From an uncultured delta proteobacterium (GTDB taxonomy: Bacteria; Myxococcota; UBA727; VGSZ01): DNA of 64,000 nt. Of the stretch, positions 1 to 7,722 are shown piece after piece. Numbering within the stretch: the stretch's first letter is position 1; every line of letters begins with the position of its first letter. Below the pieces are notes generated by a model. That model was not told the DNA's origin, did no database searches, and saw only the letters and a program-made list of their open reading frames with translations. The position numbers and the translations under genes were made by a program. Location of the stretch: contig CAVZJB010000016.1 in assembly GCA_963775425.1 (NCBI GenBank), positions 288,001-352,000 on the forward strand. The letters are read 5' to 3'.

Positions 1-2
1 CG

Positions 3-164
3 GGCGAAGTGCCGGACACAGAGATGGCGTCCCCCTTCTTCGAGGCGTGCGTGCTCCAGGAGATCGCGGGCACGCCCTTCGACGCGCCGGCGGGCGGCGG
101 CGCCGTCGACGTCAGCTATCCGTTCCGCTTCGAAAACGACGCCGACGCCGGGACCGCGCCGTAA
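3..164 (+). CDS. 3' end of an AgmX/PglI (TonB-C-like) C-terminal domain protein, partial
   Basis: Frame 3 reads ...FFEACVLQEIAGTPFDAPAGGGAVDVSYPFRF...TAA(164), matching the C-V...F.AP.GGG.V.V.YPF.F pattern of this domain. Confidence 0.7.
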   Translation, partial: GEVPDTEMASPFFEACVLQEIAGTPFDAPAGGGAVDVSYPFRFENDADAGTAP

Positions 165-200
165 GCGCGGGGCGCTCCCGGCGGCGCTCGCGCTTACGGC
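158..200. terminator. GC-rich hairpin at the stop of the upstream gene; possible terminator or REP-like stem
   Basis: gccgtaagcgcg ... cgcgcttacggc forms a perfect 12-bp stem; its internal segment is duplicated at ~200-222; no U-tract. Confidence 0.35.
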
Positions 201-477
201 GCGCTCCCGGCGGCGCTCGCGCGGGTGCGCAAGGCGTGCGCGTCCCTGCCCGGCGCCGGGGAGCGCGTCAGCCACAAAGCGCCGCTCCCCCCGGCCGAGG
301 TGACGCGCGTCGAGGCTGATCCCGCGCGCTTCTCCCCGCCCGGCGTCGCGCGCGCCGCCCGAGAGGAAGGCACGCACACGGCGCGGATGCTCGCGCGACG
401 TGCGTTTCGCTCGCGCCGCCGCGCGCGTCGGCACATGGGCGGCGGCGCGCGCCGCGATCCCCCGCGCGCGCCGCCGG

Positions 478-491
478 GGCACAGGGCTTGA
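478..491 (+). promoter_or_regulatory. possible sigma54 (-24/-12) promoter
   Basis: GGCAC-N5-TTGA (consensus GGCAC-N5-TTGC) ending 13 nt before ATG 505. Confidence 0.35.
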
Positions 492-504
492 AGCAGCCCC
501 GGCC

Positions 505-1614
505 ATGAACACACATGTCCTCGCCGCGTCCACGGCGCTCCTCATGTCGTTGCCCGCTGCCGCCGACGTGCGCTCGAGCCAGAGCGTCATCGTCGACAGC
601 GGCGAAACCGTGCGGGGCAACCTCTACGCCGCCGCCGGCAGCGTCATCGTGCACGGCGACGTCGAGGGCGACCTCGTGGCCACGGGCGGGACCATCGTCG
701 TCGACGGCGACGTCCACGGCGACGTCCTCGCGTTCGGAGGCCAGATCACGATCTCCGGCGACGTCGGCGGCGCCGTCCGCGCCGTCGGCGGCCAGATCGC
801 GCTGCTGGGCGCGGTGGGCGGCGACGCCGCTGCCGCCGGCGGCGAGGTCACCATCGAGGGCCGGGTGGGCGGAGACGCCCTCGTCGCCGGCGGCACCAGC
901 CACCTGGTCGGCGCCGTCGACGGGCGCGTCTACGTCGCGGGCGGCGAGATGGACGTCGAGGGCCCCGTGGGGCGCGGCGTGCTCGCGCGCGGCCAGCTCC
1001 TCACCCTCGGGCCCGGCGCGCGCGTCACGGGCGATATCGACGCCACCACCGCGCGGGACATCGAGCGCGCGCCCGGCGCCGTGGTGGGCGGCGAGGTGCA
1101 TCGCGTGCCGCTCGAGGCGCCTGCGCGCTCCGCCGCGGGCGCGGTGTTCGCCTGGATGCAACTGCTCTTCGGCTCGATGATCCTCGGCCTCCTGTGGCTC
1201 TTCGTGTTCCGCAACTTCGCCCAGCGCTCCGTCGGCGTCCTGCGCGAGCAGCCGATCCGCTGTCTCGGGCTCGGCGCCGTCGCCTTCTTCGGCGCGCCCC
1301 TGGTGCTCGCCTTCGTGCTCGCCGCCGGCGTCCTCATCGGCGGCTGGTGGCTCGCGTTCATGGGGGCGTCCGTCTACTCCATCGCCGTCGCGCTCACGTT
1401 CCCGCTCGTCGCGCTCCTGCTCGGCCGGCTCGCGTTCCACGCCCTGAAGATCTCCGCGGGCGCGGACTGGCTGCCGATGATCCTCGCGCTCTTCGTGCTG
1501 CTCCTCGTGGCCGCCATCCCCGTCGTGGGCGTGCTCGTCGCGCTCGCGACCATCGTGTTCGGGCTCGGCGCCATCTCCATCGCGTTGGCGGGCACCTTGG
1601 CGCGCACGCGCTGA
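505..1614 (+). CDS. bactofilin-like (polymer-forming) beta-helix repeat protein with C-terminal multi-pass membrane domain
   Basis: Signal peptide, many G.V.GD...GG.I.I.G repeats, then ~5 hydrophobic helices; ATG at 505. Confidence 0.75.
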   Translation: MNTHVLAASTALLMSLPAAADVRSSQSVIVDSGETVRGNLYAAAGSVIVHGDVEGDLVATGGTIVVDGDVHGDVLAFGGQITISGDVGGAVRAVGGQIALLGAVGGDAAAAGGEVTIEGRVGGDALVAGGTSHLVGAVDGRVYVAGGEMDVEGPVGRGVLARGQLLTLGPGARVTGDIDATTARDIERAPGAVVGGEVHRVPLEAPARSAAGAVFAWMQLLFGSMILGLLWLFVFRNFAQRSVGVLREQPIRCLGLGAVAFFGAPLVLAFVLAAGVLIGGWWLAFMGASVYSIAVALTFPLVALLLGRLAFHALKISAGADWLPMILALFVLLLVAAIPVVGVLVALATIVFGLGAISIALAGTLARTR

Positions 1615-1654
1615 GTGGTGACCGCGCCCCGCTCGCCCGCGACGCTCGCGGCAC

Positions 1655-2446
1655 CTATCGGTGTTTCCAGGGCGCGGCGACGCCGAGGACGTTCGGGATC
1701 GGCCACTGCGCGCGGTTGTCGTCGGACTCGCGAAAGCCGGTCTCGTAGCTGCCGCAGAGGTCGAGGTCGACGCCGGGGACGTGGATGGAGAGGCTGGCCT
1801 CGGGGCCGCCCTCCATGTGCATCGCGCGCACGACGCCGAGCCCCGACGCGAGGACGCGCGCGTTCCACTGGGCCATCGAAAACGGCGCGCGGGAAAACAG
1901 GAACAGCACGCGGCCCTCGCCGTCGACGGCGACGGCGGCCTCGCTCCACTTGCGGCCGTTCTCGCTCCACACACCCTTGCCGGCGCCGATGAGCCGGAGG
2001 TTCTGAACGACGACGGGCGCGCCGTCGAACGAGGGGCAGCGCGCGCCGCAGTCGGCCATCGTGGCGGACTTGTCGTCGACGGCGAGGACGCTCTTGTACG
2101 CGCGCTTCCAGGCTGGCTGGAGCACGCGGCCGCCGGCGCGGAAGTAGCCCTCGTGGCTGGACATGTCCTCGAGGGCGAACATGCCGGCGTTGATGACGAC
2201 GGAGAGGTGCTTGTCCTTCGCCCACTGCCCGGCGGTGCGGCTCCTCCCGTCCTCTGCGGCGGCGGCGGCGGCGACGACGTGGGCGACCGCGGGATCGATG
2301 CGGACCGCGTGGAGCATCTCGCCAGCGCCGATGTCGACGACGGCGAGCTCGACGCCGGGGGCGATGACCCGGAACGCGGGCGTTCGCTCGTGGGCCGCCG
2401 CCGGAGGCGCCGTGGCGATGGCCGCGAGGAGGGCGAGGGCGAGCAT
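1655..2446 (-). CDS. phosphodiester glycosidase (NAGPA-like) family secreted protein
   Basis: Signal peptide MLALALLAA; VINAGMF and MHMEGGPEASL motifs; C-terminal PIPNVLGV. Confidence 0.75.
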   Translation of the reverse strand: MLALALLAAIATAPPAAAHERTPAFRVIAPGVELAVVDIGAGEMLHAVRIDPAVAHVVAAAAAAEDGRSRTAGQWAKDKHLSVVINAGMFALEDMSSHEGYFRAGGRVLQPAWKRAYKSVLAVDDKSATMADCGARCPSFDGAPVVVQNLRLIGAGKGVWSENGRKWSEAAVAVDGEGRVLFLFSRAPFSMAQWNARVLASGLGVVRAMHMEGGPEASLSIHVPGVDLDLCGSYETGFRESDDNRAQWPIPNVLGVAAPWKHR

Positions 2447-2499
2447 GTCCAGGAGACACGCGGGCGGCGCCGCTTGTTCCCGGCCGGCGCGCGCCGACG

Positions 2500-3249
2500 T
2501 CACCGGCCTGCGGCGAGGGCGTACACGCCAAGCGCGTCGAGGCGCGCCACCGACGCCCGGCGGGAGGCGCGCCAGTCGGGGCCGTAGCTCGGGAACAGCG
2601 CCGCGTCGTACGGCGGCGGTGCGCCGTCGGGGAAGATGTCCGCGAAGTAGGCGCGCACCGCGGCGATCCCGTCGGCGTCGTCGCGCGGATCGCTCACGAA
2701 GTCCGCGCGCCACTGCCGGCGCACGCCGCCGCCGGCGCTCGCGTGGCGGAGGTGCTCGTCGAACAGGATGACGTCGCCGGGCGTGGTCGGGAGCGAGACC
2801 CAGTCTGCCGGCGCGGCGCGGTGGGAGCCGGGGAGGACGCGCAGCGCGCCCGAGGTGTCGTCGAGCGGCTCGAGGTACGCGGCCACGCCGACGCTCGCCA
2901 CCGGACGAACGCTGTCGACGTGCGCCGGGGTGTCGCCCGTGTATCGCACGCCCTTGGCGCGCGTGGGGACGACGGGCCCGCCGAGGAGCGCCGCGGCGAC
3001 GGGCTCGAGCGCGTCGAGGAGCGCGAGGCTGCGCGGCGTCCGCGCGCACATCATCGGCACGTACGCGACCTGCACCGCGCCGCCCTCGACGGCGGCGGCG
3101 AACGCGCCCGCGCACCCCGCGTCGAGCGCGGCGTCGACCTCCTCGGCGAGCGCACGCGCGTCGAAGAACCCGCGCAGCACCGTCAGCCCGCGCGCGTGGA
3201 AGGACTCGACGTCGAGCATCGGGGACGAGAGCGCCGCTGGCGTTGACAC
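2500..3249 (-). CDS. phytanoyl-CoA dioxygenase (PhyH) family Fe(II)/2-oxoglutarate dioxygenase
   Basis: FHARGLTVLRGFF start, HxD (HVD), GALRVLPGSH, PGDVILF..LRH motifs; start may instead be 3219. Confidence 0.8.
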   Translation of the reverse strand: MSTPAALSSPMLDVESFHARGLTVLRGFFDARALAEEVDAALDAGCAGAFAAAVEGGAVQVAYVPMMCARTPRSLALLDALEPVAAALLGGPVVPTRAKGVRYTGDTPAHVDSVRPVASVGVAAYLEPLDDTSGALRVLPGSHRAAPADWVSLPTTPGDVILFDEHLRHASAGGGVRRQWRADFVSDPRDDADGIAAVRAYFADIFPDGAPPPYDAALFPSYGPDWRASRRASVARLDALGVYALAAGR

Positions 3250-3267
3250 GACGACGACCGGCGGCGG

Positions 3268-3606
3268 TTACGCGGTGCGGAGGAGCGCGACCGCGTCCAT
3301 CAGGTGGGCGATGGCCGCCACGTCGCCGGCGAGGTGCAGGCGCCTGGTCACGATGCCGTCGTCGGCGCTCATGCGGCCCTCGACGAGGGCCATGAAGTCG
3401 CGCTCCGCGGCGCGCACGATGACCTTGGGCTGCGCCGGCGACGGCCCCGCGGTCACCGTGCGGGCGCCGAAGTCGACGACCCAGGTGCCTCCCTCGGCGC
3501 CGGCGATCTCGAAGAGCACCGGCCCCGCGATGTCGACGGACGCCGACTGCACCAGCGCCGGCACCGCGGTCTCGAACAGCTCTTTGGTCGTTTGCGTGTA
3601 CGGCAT
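3268..3606 (-). CDS. SCP2 sterol/lipid-binding domain protein
   Basis: FEIAGAEGGTWVVD...DFMALVEG...RLHLAGD is a typical SCP2 pattern; 112 aa. Confidence 0.85.
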   Translation of the reverse strand: MPYTQTTKELFETAVPALVQSASVDIAGPVLFEIAGAEGGTWVVDFGARTVTAGPSPAQPKVIVRAAERDFMALVEGRMSADDGIVTRRLHLAGDVAAIAHLMDAVALLRTA

Positions 3607-3620
3607 GGTTCCATCCGAAG

Positions 3621-3641
3621 CGGGGGCGAGCCCCGCCCTAC
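3621..3641 (-). repeat. GTAG REP-like palindrome
   Basis: Minus strand GTAGGGCGGGGCTCGCCCCCG; its TAG is the stop codon of the dikinase gene. Confidence 0.65.
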
Positions 3642-6600
3642 TTGTCCATCAAGATGACGCGGGCCTGGACGATGCGCCACTCCCCGTTTTGCCGGGCGAC
3701 CTCCATGTCGACGGCGTAGCCCTTGCCCGGCTCGACGACGTCATGGAAGAACTTCTCGGTCTCGAGCACGATCTCGCGCAGCTTCTGCATGTCCGCGTCG
3801 GACACCGGGACGCCGCCCACCGTGACCGAGGCGTCGACGTCGGCGGGCGTGCCGTCGACGTGGTTCACCTCGGCCCCGCCCTGCTTGATGACGCCCTCGG
3901 TGGCCTTGCCGCCATCGACGCCGCCGCCGAAGCCCTTCACGAGCTGGAACGTGACCTGGTTGCGGGCGCCGTTTTCGACGTTGCGCGAGATCATCACGCC
4001 GGAGATGTCCGGCGTCATGCACGCCTGCACCACCACGGTGGGCCCGATGTGCTTCAGGAAGAACTGCTCGGCCGCGTTGTTCTCGACGGGCTCGGGCATC
4101 CACGTGGACTCGACGACACCGATGGCCGCCTTCACGCGCGCCGGACCCATGAACGCGTTGTGCGCCTCGAGCGCCTTCTTGAGCGCGGCGGGGTCGCCGC
4201 TGTGGCGCGCCGCGTCCAGCTTGGCGAACTCCGCGTCGACCTTGTCCTTGCCGAGCATCTCGTTGGCGATCTTGCGATCGACGTAGCTCTCGTACTGGCC
4301 GGCGCCGCTCTTCCCGGGCCTGTCCTCGCCGGTGAAGCTAGAGCGGAAGATGATGGACCCCGTCTCCGCCTCCGACAGCGCGGGGTTCTTCATGATGTTC
4401 TTGTAGAGGGCCTCGCCCTGCGGCGTGAGCTTGCCCGACGCGGAGTCGATCAGGCTCCTCGTCAAGCCCTCGCGCGTCACCTTCTGGAGCTCTTCCCGCG
4501 TGCGCTTGCGGTAGCGCGGGTTCGTGTAGAACTCGCTCTGCAGGAAGTTCCTGTCGTCGACGACACCGACCTTGGGATCCTTGTCCCAGACGTCGTCCCA
4601 GGCCTGCTCGAGGGTGCGCCCGTCGACGAGCTTGGCGCCGCGCAACATGTCGCGGATGTCGCCGGGCGTGATCTCGCTGCCCTTGGGGACGTACTTGCCG
4701 AGCACCGGGTGCTGCGACAGGAGCGCGAGCACCGTGCCCTTCTCGCCCGCGAGGTGGCGCGCGCGCACACCGAGCTTGGCGAGCTCCTCGAACGTGGGCA
4801 CGCCGCGACCGATGCCCTTCACCTGCTCCTCGGGGATGTACAGCTCCACCTCACGCGTCTTGCGCTGCGCGTTGATGATGGCGTCGTGCTTGGCGGCCAC
4901 GGCGAAGGACTCGCCGTCGCTGGTGGGCTTGAGGTACGTGATCTTGCGGTTGACGCCGGGGCGCAGCTTGTCGAGCGCCTCCTGGGTGTTCCCGACGCGG
5001 CCCTCTTCGCGCGCCTTGTCGAGCGTCATCATCACGAAGCCGTCGCCGCTGTCGTCGACGTAGAGGCCGCCCTCCTTCTGCGCGTTCTTGAACAGCTCGG
5101 CGTATTTGGTGCGCAGCTCGGGCAACGCCACCACGGGGATGCCGTTGTTCATCGCGTACATGTTCAGGTGGCTGTTGCCGCCCGGGGCCTGCTCGGTGTC
5201 GACGAAGAGGCCGCCGACGGCGACCATCTTCTTCTCCTCCAGGTGATAGAGCACCGCGAGCTGGTCCTTGCTCGTGCCCATGGCTGCGAGGTCCTTGCCG
5301 TTCTCCGCCGTCACCACCGAGGTGAACACCACGGGGCCGATGCCGTTCAACACGCGCATGCCCTCGACGTTCTCCACCTTCCTCGGCCCGATCTTTTCGT
5401 GAAGCCCGACGCGCATGCCCTTCTCGGCGAGCGCGGTGGCGTAGTGAAGCGGCGACTGCTTGATGAACTGATCGATGAACTCCGGGTCGATCTGCATGCC
5501 GCCGCGGGCCACCTCGGCGGCGCGCTCGTCGGCGAAGGCGCGGATGTTCTGCACCACTTCGCGCACGGCGACGTACGCCGTGGACATGGCCTTGCGGTAG
5601 TCGTCCTCGCTGCACTTGCCCTTGGCGAGCAGCGCGTCGACGCCGGCGAGCGCCTTTTGCAGCCCGCCGGCGGGGGCGGCGGCGGCGTCGGCGTCGGAGC
5701 GGATGTCGCCGAGGCCGCTGGCGACGGCGGAGCGCAGCGCGGTCTGGAGCGCCAGGAGGCACTCGGCCTTGTCGCCGTCGGTCTTGAGGGTGCCGACGCG
5801 GTCGACGGCGGCGCCCAGGTGCTCGTTGGTGAGCCGCAGGAGCTGCGCGTCGAGCTTGATCATCTCGTGGCGCTCGAACCCGCTCTTGGCCTGGTAGATG
5901 GCGTCCTTGAGCGCGAGCCGCGCCTCACCGAGCTCGCGCAGGGTGCCCTTGTCGTTCTTGGCGTCCAGGGCCGCGATGACGTCGGCGACCTCGGTGTAGG
6001 CGGGGCCGGCGCGGAAGAGGTCGTGCTCGAGGGTCGCCGCCGTGGGTTGGCCGGCGCAGACGGCGACGTAGGTGCGCGCCGCCATCTCGATGTTGGCCTC
6101 GACGTTGTGGCCGAGGTCCTTGGTGCACGTCCCCTTGAGCAGATCGCGCAGGCCGTCGGCGAGCGCGGGGAGCTGTTCGGGCTTGTTGCTCCCGGCCGAC
6201 AGCGCCTCGAGGCCTTCGGCGAGCTTCTTGCCCGAAGCGTCGCCCGTCTTGAGCGCGGCCGTGGCGAACGCGAGGGCCTTGCCCGCCTGCTCGCCGTCCC
6301 CCTTGCGCGCCGCCCCCATCGCGCTCGTGAGCGCCGTGAAGATCGTGCAGCGCTTGTCCCGCGGCCCGACGGGGAACATCCACTCCTCGATGAAGAGCTG
6401 GATGTTCCTCGGCGTATCGCGCGAGAAGTTGTGGTGGATGGAGGAGTACGGCGACGCGGTGGCGCCCGGCGGCTTCTCCTTCCACACCCACTTCGTGGGG
6501 CTGCCGTACGACGTCTCGCGCTCGGCGGTGCGGCCCTGGTCCGTGAGGATGGACGAGATGGCGTTGCGGGCCTCGAAGATGCCGTTGGTGGACGAGATGG

Positions 6601-7408
6601 GGTGCGAGGAGATGAGCTCGCGCAGCAGGGCGTAGTCGCGGCCGCTCTGGGCGTCGCCCTTGGTGAGGTCCACGCCGGACAGGAGCACGTGCTGCTCCGC
6701 GAGGATGGCGAGGCCGAAGCGGTCGATGCGGGTGGTCCAGCCGTCCTCGCGCTGGTTGGCGACGTCGGTGCGGGCGCGGAACTGCAGGAGCGCGTCCATC
6801 ATGGCGTCGTCGCGCAGCGCGCCGTTGGGGATGAGCCCGAGGCCGACCACGGACATGTCGGACACGTCGAAGAAGTGGGAGGTGCCGGCGACGAGGTCCT
6901 CGGCCCGCTTCTTCTGCTTGGTGACGCGCCCCTCGTACTCGCGCTGGAGGATGTCGGCGGTGACGGTGTTGTTGTTGAACGGCTTGTACCAGTCGAACTG
7001 GCCGGCGCCCTCGAGCGTGTACTCCTTCTCGTCGGTGGCCCGGAGGAAGTCGATGTCCTTGCCCACCTCGTCGGAGATCTTGCGCAGCGTGGCCTCATCC
7101 ACCGCGAAGCCGCTCTTGTCCGCGATCAGGGTGGAGACGGCGCTGCGGCGCTCGGTGACGGCCGGATCGCCCTTGCCACGGCCCTCGAGGCCCATCTTGC
7201 CGTCGCGATCCTTGTGCTGCGTGACCACGTCGATGAGCTTCTGCGCGGCCGTCCGCGCCGCCGCGTCGCGCTCGGCCGCGGGGACGGCGGCGGGCGGGGT
7301 CACGTCGATGGTGGCGGGCGTCTCGGAGGTCGCCGGCTTGTCGGTCCCCGTGGGCTTGTCGGGGGTCTGCGGCACCTGCGGCCGGAAGCGGTCGTTGATC
7401 GTGGGCAT
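3638..7408 (-). CDS. large PEP/pyruvate-binding (PPDK_N ATP-grasp) plus phospho-histidine domain dikinase, ~1256 aa
   Basis: GGNSHLNMYAMNNGIPVV His-swivel motif; C-terminal GEKG, RSSFTGEDRPGKSGAGQYES, VVQ..SGV, DME, IVQAR motifs; ATG 7408 preceded by AGGA. Confidence 0.85.
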   Translation of the reverse strand: MPTINDRFRPQVPQTPDKPTGTDKPATSETPATIDVTPPAAVPAAERDAAARTAAQKLIDVVTQHKDRDGKMGLEGRGKGDPAVTERRSAVSTLIADKSGFAVDEATLRKISDEVGKDIDFLRATDEKEYTLEGAGQFDWYKPFNNNTVTADILQREYEGRVTKQKKRAEDLVAGTSHFFDVSDMSVVGLGLIPNGALRDDAMMDALLQFRARTDVANQREDGWTTRIDRFGLAILAEQHVLLSGVDLTKGDAQSGRDYALLRELISSHPISSTNGIFEARNAISSILTDQGRTAERETSYGSPTKWVWKEKPPGATASPYSSIHHNFSRDTPRNIQLFIEEWMFPVGPRDKRCTIFTALTSAMGAARKGDGEQAGKALAFATAALKTGDASGKKLAEGLEALSAGSNKPEQLPALADGLRDLLKGTCTKDLGHNVEANIEMAARTYVAVCAGQPTAATLEHDLFRAGPAYTEVADVIAALDAKNDKGTLRELGEARLALKDAIYQAKSGFERHEMIKLDAQLLRLTNEHLGAAVDRVGTLKTDGDKAECLLALQTALRSAVASGLGDIRSDADAAAAPAGGLQKALAGVDALLAKGKCSEDDYRKAMSTAYVAVREVVQNIRAFADERAAEVARGGMQIDPEFIDQFIKQSPLHYATALAEKGMRVGLHEKIGPRKVENVEGMRVLNGIGPVVFTSVVTAENGKDLAAMGTSKDQLAVLYHLEEKKMVAVGGLFVDTEQAPGGNSHLNMYAMNNGIPVVALPELRTKYAELFKNAQKEGGLYVDDSGDGFVMMTLDKAREEGRVGNTQEALDKLRPGVNRKITYLKPTSDGESFAVAAKHDAIINAQRKTREVELYIPEEQVKGIGRGVPTFEELAKLGVRARHLAGEKGTVLALLSQHPVLGKYVPKGSEITPGDIRDMLRGAKLVDGRTLEQAWDDVWDKDPKVGVVDDRNFLQSEFYTNPRYRKRTREELQKVTREGLTRSLIDSASGKLTPQGEALYKNIMKNPALSEAETGSIIFRSSFTGEDRPGKSGAGQYESYVDRKIANEMLGKDKVDAEFAKLDAARHSGDPAALKKALEAHNAFMGPARVKAAIGVVESTWMPEPVENNAAEQFFLKHIGPTVVVQACMTPDISGVMISRNVENGARNQVTFQLVKGFGGGVDGGKATEGVIKQGGAEVNHVDGTPADVDASVTVGGVPVSDADMQKLREIVLETEKFFHDVVEPGKGYAVDMEVARQNGEWRIVQARVILMDK

Positions 7409-7494
7409 GGTCCTGGATTTATCAGGAACTTTGCCGATTTGGCCGTGCGCCAAACACGCCCCGGGCGGGATAGAACGAGGGCCGGAGGTTCCAG

Positions 7495-7719
7495 ATGGAC
7501 TGGGAGAAGAAGTGTGGCGTGTGGACGGTGCACTCGGAGCGCGAGAGCCACCCGACCCTGCGCGGCTTCGCCAGGAGCAAGGGCGAGGCGGAGACCCTGA
7601 TGAACAAGCTCAAGGGCGGTGACGCCGACGCCGGCATCACGGAGTACTGGGTCCTCGAAATCACCAACGGCGAGCTCGACGACTTCCGCCAATTCGGAAT
7701 GCTTCCCCCGGGGTTCTAA
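7495..7719 (+). CDS. small hypothetical protein, 74 aa
   Basis: GGAGG RBS, GC3-biased codons, stop 3 nt before the next ATG. Confidence 0.75.
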   Translation: MDWEKKCGVWTVHSERESHPTLRGFARSKGEAETLMNKLKGGDADAGITEYWVLEITNGELDDFRQFGMLPPGF

Positions 7720-7722
7720 ACC

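Noticed and set aside
3638-7408. Calling the dikinase ppsA, ppdK or rifampin phosphotransferase
   Set aside because: The domain order differs and the pyruvate-binding barrel is absent
2768-7600. 1610-aa plus-strand ORF
   Set aside because: It is the antisense shadow of the dikinase, SCP2 and PhyH genes; long stop-free antisense frames are expected at this GC3, and it has no motifs
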